Positions 9,541 to 18,868 of a stretch of 61,792 bases of DNA are shown here, piece by piece. The stretch comes from an uncultured Ilumatobacteraceae bacterium. Its GTDB lineage: Bacteria > Actinomycetota > Acidimicrobiia > Acidimicrobiales > Ilumatobacteraceae. The notes beneath the pieces are model-generated. The model did not search any database and was not told where the DNA came from. It saw nothing but the letters and a program-made list of their open reading frames with translations. The DNA is taken from positions 1 through 61,792 of the forward strand of contig CAYGLH010000001.1 of assembly GCA_964350535.1 (NCBI GenBank), in the 5' to 3' direction. A program made the translations under genes and the position numbers. How positions within the stretch are numbered: position 1 is the first letter of the stretch; each line of letters opens with the position of its first letter.

Positions 9541-10682
9541 TGGCCGCCAGCGCGATCACGCCGACGGCCACGATCGGCATGCTCGGTGGCGGGCAGCTCG
9601 GCCGGTACGCCCTGATCGCGGCGCGGTTGATGGGGTATCGCACGATCGTCGTCGACCCGAGCCCCGATGCGCCTGCGGGCGCCGTCGCCGACGAGCATCT
9701 GGTGGCGCCGTACGACGATCCGCACGCACTCGACCGTTTGGCCAGCGAGTGCGACGTCGTCACCGTCGAGTTCGAGAACCCGCCGGCGGCAGCTCTCGAC
9801 TGGTTGGCCGACCGGGTGCCGGTCGCGCCCTCCCCCGATGCCGTCCGCGTCGCCCAGGACCGCATCGCCGAGAAGGGGTTCCTCGCCGCCAACGGGTTCC
9901 CGGTCGGCGATCACGCCGTGCTGGACGGCGACGACCCCGCCGTCGATCCGGCGATGTTCGGGGACGCCGGCGCAGTGGTGAAGACCGCACGGCTCGGCTA
10001 CGACGGCAAGGGCCAGGTGCGGGTCGCGTCCGATGCGGAGATGCGGGCCGCCTGGGCCGAGCTCGGCGGCGTGCCCTGCGTGGTGGAGCGCCTGCTCCCG
10101 CTCGACACGGAGCTCAGCGCGATCGTCGCCCGCACCGCCGACGGCCGCACCGAGTGCTGGCCCGTCGCCGAGAACACCCACGTCGACGGCATCCTCGACC
10201 TCAGCGTCGTCCCAGCGCCGGTCGACCCGGCCCTCGCCGACCGCGCCCAGGGGCTGGCGTTGGCGATCGCCGACGCGCTCGGCTACGTCGGGGTGCTCGC
10301 CGTCGAGATGTTCGTCGTCGACGGGGGGTTGCTCGTGAACGAGCTGGCCCCGCGGCCGCACAACAGCGGCCACTGGACGCTCGACGCCAGCGTGACGAGT
10401 CAGTTCGAGCAGCAGGTGCGGGCCGTGTGCGGACTCGGGCTCGGCGACCCGTCGATGAACGCGCCGGCGGTGGCGATGGTCAACCTCCTCGGCGACCGGT
10501 GGGCGTCGGGCGAGCCGCACTGGGAACGTGCGCTCGACGACCCCGCCGCCAAGCTCCACCTCTACGGGAAGGCCGATGCTCGACCCGGCCGCAAGATGGG
10601 CCACCTCACGGTCACCGCGGATGCCCCGCAGATCGCGGCGATGGTCGCCCGCACGCTGCGCGATGCCCTCACCGCACCGTGA
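9540..10682 (+). CDS. purK: 5-(carboxyamino)imidazole ribonucleotide synthase (ATP-grasp)
   Basis: ATG 9540 overlaps the purE TGA (TGATG). Motifs ..IGMLGGGQLGRY.., ..KTARLGYDGKGQ.., ..NELAPRPHNSGHWT.. are canonical PurK. Confidence 0.95.
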   Translation: MAASAITPTATIGMLGGGQLGRYALIAARLMGYRTIVVDPSPDAPAGAVADEHLVAPYDDPHALDRLASECDVVTVEFENPPAAALDWLADRVPVAPSPDAVRVAQDRIAEKGFLAANGFPVGDHAVLDGDDPAVDPAMFGDAGAVVKTARLGYDGKGQVRVASDAEMRAAWAELGGVPCVVERLLPLDTELSAIVARTADGRTECWPVAENTHVDGILDLSVVPAPVDPALADRAQGLALAIADALGYVGVLAVEMFVVDGGLLVNELAPRPHNSGHWTLDASVTSQFEQQVRAVCGLGLGDPSMNAPAVAMVNLLGDRWASGEPHWERALDDPAAKLHLYGKADARPGRKMGHLTVTADAPQIAAMVARTLRDALTAP

Positions 10683-10766
10683 GTCACACTCGCCAGACGT
10701 TCGCGTCGTAGACGTCGGGCTGATGCGCCCTCCGGATCGGTGACGCAACGGCCGAAGGGCGGGCGC

Positions 10767-11738
10767 TCAGGTGCGGCGGCGACCGCGGCGCTCGCGGGTG
10801 CGGGTGGTCGACGAGCGATCTGCCGCTGCGGCGACCTCCACGTCGGGAACCGGGATCACCCCGTCGAGCACCTGACGCATCATCGCCAGGTGGGCAGGTG
10901 AGCTGCCGCAGCAGGCACCGATGATGCGGACGCCGGCCGCTCGTTGGCGATCGGCATGGGCTGCCATCACCTCGGGCGAGCCCGAGTAGCGCAGCTCGGC
11001 GCCGTGCCATTCGGGCATGCCGGCGTTGGCCTTGCTGATCAGGAGCACGTCGGGGTCGGCGGCGCGCATCTCGGCGAGCGCGGCCTCGGTGTCGGGGAGG
11101 TTGTTGCCGCAGTTCGCTCCGATCCCGTCGACGCCGAGCTCGGCGAGTCGGGTGACCGCGTCGACGCCGGTGACACCCATCATGGTGCGGCCAGCTGTGT
11201 CGAAGCTGAGCGTCGCACACACCGGGAGGTCGGTGGCACGGCGCGCCCCCTCGACCGCGGCGGCGACCTCGTCGAGGTGACTCATCGTCTCGATCCACAG
11301 CACGTCGGCGCCGCCGGCGGCGAGCCCCGCCGCCTGCTCGGCGAACGCGTCGCGGCACCCGGCGTAGGTCATGTCGCCCATCGGGGCGAGCAGGTCGCCG
11401 GTCGGGCCCATCGAGCCGGCGACGAGCACGGGGCGGTCGACGGCATCTGCGGCGGCCCGCGCACAGGCGGCGGCAGCCTTGTTCAGCTCGAACACGCGGT
11501 CGTCGAGCTGGTGCAGATTGAGCCGGTTGGCGGTGCCACCGAAGCTGTTGGTGAGCACGATGTCGGACCCGGCGGCGATGTAGTCGGCATGGACGGCTTG
11601 CACGCGGTCGGCGTGCTCGACGTTCCAGATCTCCGGGCACCCGCCGGAGTCGAGCCCGCGGGCGAACAGCTCGGTTCCCATCGCGCCGTCGACGAGCAAG
11701 ACGTCGCGTTCGGTCAGGAGTTCCTCGAGCACGTTCAT
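10767..11738 (-). CDS. Homocysteine S-methyltransferase family protein
   Basis: ..LLVDGAMGTEL.., ..IVLTNSFGG.. and the C-terminal zinc motif ..IIGACCGSSPAH.. match Pfam S-methyl_trans type. Start is ATG at 11738. Confidence 0.85.
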   Translation of the reverse strand: MNVLEELLTERDVLLVDGAMGTELFARGLDSGGCPEIWNVEHADRVQAVHADYIAAGSDIVLTNSFGGTANRLNLHQLDDRVFELNKAAAACARAAADAVDRPVLVAGSMGPTGDLLAPMGDMTYAGCRDAFAEQAAGLAAGGADVLWIETMSHLDEVAAAVEGARRATDLPVCATLSFDTAGRTMMGVTGVDAVTRLAELGVDGIGANCGNNLPDTEAALAEMRAADPDVLLISKANAGMPEWHGAELRYSGSPEVMAAHADRQRAAGVRIIGACCGSSPAHLAMMRQVLDGVIPVPDVEVAAAADRSSTTRTRERRGRRRT

Positions 11739-11807
11739 AGCCGTTCCAGTATCGCCCAATCGTCGCGATTTGCATCGCAGGTTCCCGGCGGATGGGCCCG
11801 GGATCCG

Positions 11808-12551
11808 TCACCCACACCGCTGGTAGCGCAGGTCGACAGCGACCCGACCCTCGTCGATGCCGCGCTGCTCGAAGCGGGTGAGCGGGCGCTCGACCGGCCG
11901 GTCGACGACGCCGCCCCGGAGGCGCGGCTCGGACGCGCAGGCATCGCGCATCTGGTCGGCGTAGTCGGCGATGTCGGTGGCGAGGTGGAGGATGCCGCCC
12001 ACCGCCAGCCGATCGGTGAGGGCGTGGATCGTGTCGGCGCCGACGAGGCGGCGGTGCTGCTGGGCCGCTTTCGGCCACGGGTCGGGGAAGCACACCTGCA
12101 CCCGACCGAGGGAGCCGATCGGGACCCGGTCGAGGAAGCGCAGGGCGTCGCCGTGCACCGCCCGCACGTTCGCCAGCCCGAGGGCCTCGGCGGCGTCGAG
12201 CAGGGTCGCCACACCCGACGTGTGCACCTCGATGCCGACGACCCCGGTCAGCGGCTCGCGCCGGGCGAGCTCGAGCACCGTCTCGCCGTGACCGAACCCG
12301 ATGTCGAGTGCCACCTCGCGGAGGCCGGCGACCTCCTCGAACACGTCGCGCCACTCGAGCAGTGGGCCGTCTTCGTCGAGACCCCACCGCGCCAGCCAGC
12401 GATCCAGGTCGGCGCGGCGGCTCGACGACAGTCGGCGTCGACGCGGTTTGAACGTCGGTGTCGATCGTCGCACCGACGTGCCCGGCTCGGCCGCGCCGGC
12501 AGCCCGACCCGGCGCAGATCGCTCGTGGTCCGGTTCGTCAGCGACCGCCAT
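11808..12551 (-). CDS. trmB: tRNA (guanine46-N7)-methyltransferase
   Basis: ..LDIGFGHGE.., ..VQVCFPDPWPK.. and ..ATDIADYA.. are TrmB motifs. It has the actinobacterial basic N-terminal extension. ATG 12551-12549 overlaps the upstream TGA by 1 nt. Confidence 0.85.
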   Translation of the reverse strand: MAVADEPDHERSAPGRAAGAAEPGTSVRRSTPTFKPRRRRLSSSRRADLDRWLARWGLDEDGPLLEWRDVFEEVAGLREVALDIGFGHGETVLELARREPLTGVVGIEVHTSGVATLLDAAEALGLANVRAVHGDALRFLDRVPIGSLGRVQVCFPDPWPKAAQQHRRLVGADTIHALTDRLAVGGILHLATDIADYADQMRDACASEPRLRGGVVDRPVERPLTRFEQRGIDEGRVAVDLRYQRCG

Positions 12552-13558
12552 CAGGCGCGAGTGCGACGCTCGCTCCAGTGCTGCATGGCACCGGTGCGCT
12601 GGTACCGCTCGGGACGGTCGTCGGGCCCGAGGACGCGAGTCGCCAGCCACAGGCGCTTCAGCCACCGCACCCGGCCCGCGTCGCGATCGTCGACGTAGGC
12701 GTTGCGCCCGTGGAGCACGTGATAGTTGTTCACGAACTGGATGTCGCCCGCCGCCAGCGCCATCTCGACGCGATTGGCCGGGTCGTACACCAGCTCGTCG
12801 TAGGCATCCATCGCCTCCACCTGCTGATCGGTGAGGCGCGGCGCGTCGGCGTGCCGCTGCGATGCCTGGATGAACGGACGGATGTAGCGCACGAACAGCC
12901 GATCGCCGTGCACGGTGAACGCCGGGAGCTCGTAGTACGGCCTCGCACCCGCTCGCTGCTCGCCGCGGAAGTCGTAGGGGAGTGGCTCGTAGAGCGTGGC
13001 GGCGAGGTCGGGCCGCGTTTCGACGAGCACGTTGTGAGCACGCACGGCGTTGGACACCAGGCTCTCGCCACCGGTGACGCCCGGGTCGAGGCACAACAAC
13101 CCGACCAGATCGGATCCGTCGCTGTGGAAGTCGAGACGGTGTCCACCGATCTCGTTGCCCCGCGCCGTCGGGTCGTCGGGCGCCTTGCCCTGATCCGTGA
13201 CGTCGCCCAACAGGTGCCCCTTGGCGTTCTGCGGCCACGGGTCGCCCAGGTGCATCCCGATGCCCCAGTAGATCCACGACGCATCCTCGGGCCCCAACCG
13301 GTCGACGTCGAGGGCCGCGATGCGGGCGAACCCACGTCCCTCGATGAGCTCGGCGGCGAGTGCGTCGAGGTGCGGGCGCAACGTCGGCAGCGGGAAGTCG
13401 TCGGCCGTGACGTCGAGCAGGTCGGTGCTCGTGGCGCGGGCGTGGGCCAACGCCGCGTCGAGCTCGGCGTGGTGCTCGGCGGTGAGGTGGAGCGTCCACG
13501 CCTCGGGGTCGGCGACGTCGACCGCGGCCCAGTCGGCATGCGTCTCGAGCGGACGCAC
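12551..13558 (-). CDS. TauD/TfdA-family Fe(II)/2-oxoglutarate dioxygenase
   Basis: 335 aa. ..LDFHSDGSD.. is the HxD facial-triad context. ..NNYHVLHGRNAY.. and ..RWLKRLW.. form the C-terminal block. Start is GTG at 13558. Confidence 0.85.
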   Translation of the reverse strand: MRPLETHADWAAVDVADPEAWTLHLTAEHHAELDAALAHARATSTDLLDVTADDFPLPTLRPHLDALAAELIEGRGFARIAALDVDRLGPEDASWIYWGIGMHLGDPWPQNAKGHLLGDVTDQGKAPDDPTARGNEIGGHRLDFHSDGSDLVGLLCLDPGVTGGESLVSNAVRAHNVLVETRPDLAATLYEPLPYDFRGEQRAGARPYYELPAFTVHGDRLFVRYIRPFIQASQRHADAPRLTDQQVEAMDAYDELVYDPANRVEMALAAGDIQFVNNYHVLHGRNAYVDDRDAGRVRWLKRLWLATRVLGPDDRPERYQRTGAMQHWSERRTRA

Positions 13559-13561
13559 GGC

Positions 13562-15289
13562 TCAGTCCGTCCCGGGAGCGGGCTGCGCGCCACGCACGAG
13601 GCGGCCCGGCAACGCGCCGGTCGCCTCGCCGTCGTGGTAGGTCTCCTGGCCCTTGACGACCGTGTGCACCCAGCCGTCGGCGCGCTGCAACAGGCGGCGG
13701 CCGCCGGCGGGCAGGTCGTGGACGATCGTCGGCCGGTGCAACCGCAGGTTGTCGAAGTCGACGACGTTGACGTCGGCGCGGAAGCCGGGGGCCAGCACGC
13801 CACGATCGTCGAGGCCGACGGTGCGGGCCGTGTCGCGGCAATGACGTTGAACGAGGAATGGCAGCTCGATGCGATCGTGATCACGGTCTCGCCCCCAGTA
13901 CTGCAGCAGCGTGGTCGGGAAGCTGCCGTCACAGATGGTGCCGACGTGCGCACCGCCGTCGCCGAGCCCGGGCACGGTGTACGGGTGGGTCAGCATCTCG
14001 TGGCACCCGTCGATGTTCCCGTCGACGTAGTTGAGGAACGGGAGGTAGAGCAGCCCGTGCCCACCGTCGCCGAGCATGAGGTCGAGCGCCAACTCCGCAG
14101 GCGAGACGCCCGCCTGCGCGGCCCGCGCCTCGATCGAGTCGCCGGTCGCCGGTTCGTAGTCGGGCTCGTCGCCCATCTCGAACAACAGGTCGAAGCGCGA
14201 GATGAGGCGTCCGCCGAGCTTGTCGTCCTCCGCCGCGGTCGCATCGGCGAGCAGGCGGGCGCGCACCTCGGGCCGCGACAGCAACGCCACCCGTTCGGCG
14301 AGCGGGCGGTCGGCGATCTCGCGGTACACCGGGTTGGTGAGGAACGGGTTGAGCGTGCACTCGAGCCCGAGGATCAGCCCGACCGGGCGGGGTGCGACCT
14401 GGCCGGTGAACTTCAGCCCGTCGGCATTGGCGGCGGTGATCTTGTCGAGCAGCACCCGGAAGTGGTCGGGCAGCATCGGGCTGCGGGCCACCGACACGGA
14501 CAGCGGCCGACCGGAGCGCTCGACCATCGTGCGCAACGTGGCGAACTCGGCGTCGGGGTCGAGGAAGTCGGACACGACCTGCAGCACGCCGGTGCCCGCC
14601 GCGCCGACGCCCTCGGCGATGCCGATCAGCTCGTCGGGGGCGGCGGTCAGCGTGGGCGTGTAGGCGCCCGACGCGGTCTTGTGGTTGCGGGTCCGGCTGG
14701 TGGTGAACCCGAGACCGCCTGCCTCGATGCCCTGGCGGGCGAGCTCGGCCATCGCCGAGATGTCCTCCGGCGTGGCGTCCTCGTGGTCGGCGCCGCGCTC
14801 ACCCATCACGTGGAGGCGGAGCGCACCGTGGGGCACCTGGGCCGCCACGTCGATGTCGTGGGGGAGCGAGTCGACCGCATCGAGGAACTCGTCGAAGCTG
14901 TTCCAGTTCCACTTGAGCCCCTCGTGGAGCGCCGCACCGGGGATGTCCTCGACGCCTTCCATCAGCTCGATGAGCTTGCCGTGGTCGGCGTCGTGCACGG
15001 GCGCGAACCCCACCCCGCAGTTGCCCATGACCACGGTGGTCACGCCGTGCCACGATGATGGTTGGAGGTACTCGTCCCACGTCGCCTGACCGTCGTAATG
15101 GGCGTGGATGTCGACGACGCCCGGGATCACCAGCGCGCCGTCGGCGTCGATCACGCGACTCGCCGACGAGCGGACGCGTCCCACCTCGGCGATGACACCG
15201 TCGGACACCGCGACGTCGGCGGTGAACGGCTCGCTGCCCGTCCCGTCGATCACCGTGCCGCCGCGGACGATGAGGTCGTAGTCAGCCAT
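13562..15289 (-). CDS. N-acyl-D-amino-acid deacylase (D-aminoacylase) family amidohydrolase
   Basis: MADYDLIVRGGTVIDGTG.., ..VIPGVVDIHAHYDGQATWD.., ..GVTTVVMGNCG... Only the C-terminal 575 aa of track ORF 13562..15574 are used. Confidence 0.85.
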   Translation of the reverse strand: MADYDLIVRGGTVIDGTGSEPFTADVAVSDGVIAEVGRVRSSASRVIDADGALVIPGVVDIHAHYDGQATWDEYLQPSSWHGVTTVVMGNCGVGFAPVHDADHGKLIELMEGVEDIPGAALHEGLKWNWNSFDEFLDAVDSLPHDIDVAAQVPHGALRLHVMGERGADHEDATPEDISAMAELARQGIEAGGLGFTTSRTRNHKTASGAYTPTLTAAPDELIGIAEGVGAAGTGVLQVVSDFLDPDAEFATLRTMVERSGRPLSVSVARSPMLPDHFRVLLDKITAANADGLKFTGQVAPRPVGLILGLECTLNPFLTNPVYREIADRPLAERVALLSRPEVRARLLADATAAEDDKLGGRLISRFDLLFEMGDEPDYEPATGDSIEARAAQAGVSPAELALDLMLGDGGHGLLYLPFLNYVDGNIDGCHEMLTHPYTVPGLGDGGAHVGTICDGSFPTTLLQYWGRDRDHDRIELPFLVQRHCRDTARTVGLDDRGVLAPGFRADVNVVDFDNLRLHRPTIVHDLPAGGRRLLQRADGWVHTVVKGQETYHDGEATGALPGRLVRGAQPAPGTD

Positions 15290-15383
15290 GGTCCAAGTCT
15301 CGCAGGTCGCACCGGGCGCGCGACGAGGTGGCCGCGATGGGCGGGGTCGATGCCGAGCGGCGCGGAGCGAGCCGGGTGGCGGG

Positions 15384-16397
15384 TCAGCCGGCGGCGCGCA
15401 GCGCGGCGAGTGCGGCGCCGCGCGCCCCCGCCATGTCGAGGTCGTCGACGAGCGCGAACTCCGAGCAGGCGGCCTGCTCGGCGCGCAAGGTGGTGTGGTC
15501 GCGCACCACGCCGAGGAACCAGTCGCGGAACCACGGGTCGGTCTCGACCACGCCACCTCCGAGGAAGAACGCATCGGGGTCGGTGAAGTTGGCGGCGATC
15601 GTGAAGAGGTGGCCGATCGCCTTCGCCTGCTGCTCGAAGACCGCCAGGGCCATCGGATCGCGGTCCTGCTCGGCGAGCGTGCGCAACGCCCGGGCGGCTG
15701 CCACCGGATCGGTACCGGCGAGTTGGTGCTCGGGGTAGCGGGTCAGCCAGTACGGGAGCAGGTTCGAGCGGATCCCGGTGAGCGACGCGTAGCTCTCGGC
15801 GTCCGAGACGAACCCGCACGCACACACGGGTTCGGGCTGATCGGGTTCGACGATGCCCGCCGAGGGGATGTGGACGTGCCCGAGCTCGCCGCCCATCCCC
15901 GCCGCCCCGGCGATGATCCGCCCGGCATGGATGACGCCGCCGCCGAGCCCGGTACCGACGATCGCCGACACCGACGAGCGGGCGATCGCCACGCCCCCGA
16001 AGTGCTCGTAGTGGGCGTACATCGCCGCGGCGTTGCCGTCGTTGGAGTACACGACCGGGATCCCGAGGCGCGTCTCGAGCGCCGAGCGGATGTCGTAGCC
16101 CCACCACTCCTCCCCGGCGAAGTTCGTGCTCCCGCGCGACGACAACACCCCCGAGGCACTCGCCGGGCCGGGTGTGTCGAGGCCCACGGTGCGCACCTGC
16201 GCCGCAGCAGCGCCGACCTCGTCCAGGCCGAGTCGGAATGCCGCCTCCAGCGCCTCGAGCGCCGCGACCGGGCCGTCGACCACACGACTCGGGACCTCGA
16301 GCAGGTGATCGATGAGGAACTCGCGATCACCCGCGAGCACGGTGACGTTGTTCGAGGTGCCACCCACGTCGATCCCGACGGTCAGGCCCGAGTCCAT
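15384..16397 (-). CDS. ROK-family sugar kinase
   Basis: ..VGIDVGGTSNN.., ..VYSNDGNAAAM.., ..IVGTGLGGGVI.., ..GGELGHV.. and ..CACG... There is no N-terminal HTH, so a kinase rather than a repressor. Confidence 0.9.
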   Translation of the reverse strand: MDSGLTVGIDVGGTSNNVTVLAGDREFLIDHLLEVPSRVVDGPVAALEALEAAFRLGLDEVGAAAAQVRTVGLDTPGPASASGVLSSRGSTNFAGEEWWGYDIRSALETRLGIPVVYSNDGNAAAMYAHYEHFGGVAIARSSVSAIVGTGLGGGVIHAGRIIAGAAGMGGELGHVHIPSAGIVEPDQPEPVCACGFVSDAESYASLTGIRSNLLPYWLTRYPEHQLAGTDPVAAARALRTLAEQDRDPMALAVFEQQAKAIGHLFTIAANFTDPDAFFLGGGVVETDPWFRDWFLGVVRDHTTLRAEQAACSEFALVDDLDMAGARGAALAALRAAG

Positions 16398-16481
16398 GTC
16401 GGCAGAGTACTGGCGCGCGCATCGACCGTGTCCGGTCTCGGCCGGTGTCGCGGTCGGTCACCGATCGTGCATCATGGGGCC

Positions 16482-18824
16482 ATGGTCGGGGCCCAGCACG
16501 ATCCGCATCATCCGGTCGTCGATCTCGACGTGCTCGACCGGATCCAGCAGCGCGTGCTGTGGCTGGCGGTGCGGATGGTCGACCACGCCAACCGCGAGCG
16601 CCCACCCGACGAGATCAAGGTCGGCGGCCACCAGGCGTCCTCGGCATCGATGGTGTCGATCATGACCGCCATGTGGTTCGCCCACCTGTCGGGCGACGAC
16701 AAGGTGTCCGTGAAGCCGCACGCCAGCCCGGTGTTCCATGCGATCAAGTACCTGATGGGCGAGCTCGACCGCGACTACCTGTTCAAGCTCCGCGAAGTCG
16801 ACGGGCTGCAGGCCTATCCGAGCCGGACGAAGGACCCCGACGTGGCCGACTTCTCGACCGGCTCGGTCGGACTCGGTGCCGTCGCCCCGCTGTTCGCCTC
16901 GATGGCGCGCCGCTACATCGAGTCCCAGTTCGGCCCCGTCACCCAGCGGCCGGCGCGATTCATCGCCCTCGTCGGCGACGCCGAGCTCGACGAGGGCAAC
17001 GCGTGGGAGGCGATCGCCGATCCGGCGTTGTCGGGCCTCGGCAACGTCACGTGGGTGATCGATGCCAACCGCCAGAGCCTCGACCGGGTGATCCCCGAGC
17101 AGAAGATCAAGAAGGTCGAGGAGTTCTTCGACGGCGCGGGCTGGCACGTCGTCGAGGCGAAGTACGGACGGCGCCTCCAGGAGGCGTTCGAGCGGCCGGG
17201 TGGCGACGCGCTGCGCGCCCACATCGACTCGATGGAGAACGAGCGGTACCAGTCCCTGTTCGCCCTGCGCGACGGAGCGCTGCGCGAGCGGTTCTTGATC
17301 GACGCCGATCCGGCGGTCGAGGCGTTCGTGGCCGACATCGGCGACGACGAGCTCGGCCCGCTGGTCACGAACCTCGGCGGTCACGACCTGGGCCTCCTGA
17401 TCGAGGCGTTCCGCGAGTGCGACGCGGCCACCGACCGCCCGAGCGCCGTGTTTGCGTACACCATCAAGGGCTGGGGTCTCCCGATCGCCGGCGACCCGTT
17501 GAACCACGCGGCGTTGCTGTCGGGGGCCCAGATCGACGCCTTGCGCGGCGAGCTGGGGCTCACCGCCGACGACGAGTGGGATCGGTTCGTCGACGGTTCG
17601 CCGGAGGACGCGCTGTGTCGTTCGGCCGGCGGCGAGCTGCTGAACCGCACGCCGCCGCCGCGTCCGGTGGTGCCCGTCCCCGATACCGCGGGCGTGCCGG
17701 CGTCGAAGCCGGCCAGCACGCAGGAGTCGTTCGGCCGGGCGCTCACGGCCTTGGCGAACATCGACGCCGTTGCGGCGCGCATGGTGACCACGTCGCCCGA
17801 CGTCAGCATCTCGACGAACCTCGGCGGCTGGATCAACAAGATGGGCGTGTTCAGCCCCGAGGACCAGCCGGACTACCTCGGCGCCGATCGACTGCTCAAG
17901 TGGGAGCAGACCTCGACGGGGCACCACGTCGAGCTCGGACTCAGCGAGATGAACATGTTCCTCGCGCTCGGCGCGTTCGGGCTGGGCCACGAGCTGCACG
18001 GGAACCAGCTGCTGCCGATCGGCACGGTGTACGACCCGTTCGTCTGCCGCGGGCTCGATGCCCTGGTGTACGCGCTGTACAACGGCGCTCGCTTCATCGT
18101 GGCGGGCACCCCGGCCGGCATCACCCTCGCTCCGGAGGGCGGCGCCCACCAGTCGAGCATCACGCCCTCGATCGGCCTCGAGTTGCCGGGTCTCACCTAC
18201 GCCGAGCCGGCGTTCGCCCGGGCCACCGACTGGTTGCTGTGCGACGGCCTGCAGCGGCTCGTGCTCCCCGACGGCGACGCCCTCTACCTCCGGCTGTCGA
18301 CGCGGCCGATCGACCAGGCGCCGTTCGAGGCGGCGATCGAACGCCACGGCGAGGAGCGGCTGCGCAACGACGTGCTCGCCGGCGGGTACCGGTTGCGCGA
18401 GCCTGCCGGCGACACCGACCTCGTGTTCGCCACCTGCGGCCCGGTCGTCGTCGAGGTCCTGGAGGCCGCCGACCGGCTCGAGGCCGAGGGCGTGGGAGCG
18501 GTCGTCATCGACGTCACCAGTTCCGACCGTCTCTATCGCAGCCACCGCCGCGACCTCCTCGACGCGTCGCGCCGAGCCCGCCGCCCGCGCGGCGACCACC
18601 ACCTGTCCACCTTGCTCCGGCCGGACGAGCGCGGCGTGCCGATCGTGACCGTGCACGACGCGGCGTCGCACCACCTCGCCTGGCTCGGCGGGGTGTTCGG
18701 GACGCGCACCGTGCCGGTCGGTGTCGACCGGTTCGGTCAGTCGGGCACGATCCGCGACCTGTACGGCCTCTTCGACCTGCTCCCCGACCAGCTCGTCAAC
18801 ACCGCCCTCGTCGCCCTGAACTGA
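16482..18824 (+). CDS. aceE: Homodimeric-type 2-oxoacid (pyruvate) dehydrogenase E1 component, short form (780 aa)
   Basis: ..KVGGHQASSASMVSIMTAMWF.. and ..VGDAELDEGNAWEA.. (ThDP motif region), with overall AceE-like collinearity. ATG 16482 lies within track ORF 15288..18824. Confidence 0.85.
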   Translation: MVGAQHDPHHPVVDLDVLDRIQQRVLWLAVRMVDHANRERPPDEIKVGGHQASSASMVSIMTAMWFAHLSGDDKVSVKPHASPVFHAIKYLMGELDRDYLFKLREVDGLQAYPSRTKDPDVADFSTGSVGLGAVAPLFASMARRYIESQFGPVTQRPARFIALVGDAELDEGNAWEAIADPALSGLGNVTWVIDANRQSLDRVIPEQKIKKVEEFFDGAGWHVVEAKYGRRLQEAFERPGGDALRAHIDSMENERYQSLFALRDGALRERFLIDADPAVEAFVADIGDDELGPLVTNLGGHDLGLLIEAFRECDAATDRPSAVFAYTIKGWGLPIAGDPLNHAALLSGAQIDALRGELGLTADDEWDRFVDGSPEDALCRSAGGELLNRTPPPRPVVPVPDTAGVPASKPASTQESFGRALTALANIDAVAARMVTTSPDVSISTNLGGWINKMGVFSPEDQPDYLGADRLLKWEQTSTGHHVELGLSEMNMFLALGAFGLGHELHGNQLLPIGTVYDPFVCRGLDALVYALYNGARFIVAGTPAGITLAPEGGAHQSSITPSIGLELPGLTYAEPAFARATDWLLCDGLQRLVLPDGDALYLRLSTRPIDQAPFEAAIERHGEERLRNDVLAGGYRLREPAGDTDLVFATCGPVVVEVLEAADRLEAEGVGAVVIDVTSSDRLYRSHRRDLLDASRRARRPRGDHHLSTLLRPDERGVPIVTVHDAASHHLAWLGGVFGTRTVPVGVDRFGQSGTIRDLYGLFDLLPDQLVNTALVALN

Positions 18825-18868
18825 GCGTGCGGTGCGCCGGATCGGTGCGGCACCGGCATGCTGGGGGC

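Noticed and set aside
11808-13841. 677-aa ORF suggesting a giant fusion protein ending in TrmB (and similarly the 793-aa ORF 42421..44802)
   Set aside because: Only the C-terminal parts (trmB from 12551; amidohydrolase from 43755) show protein-like sequence. The upstream portions are R/P-rich read-through, out of frame with the real upstream genes.
12458-15058. 866-aa plus-strand ORF covering the TauD and D-aminoacylase genes
   Set aside because: It is antisense to two well-supported minus-strand genes. The composition is dominated by V/R/G/E/A with repetitive low-information sequence, and there are no catalytic motifs.
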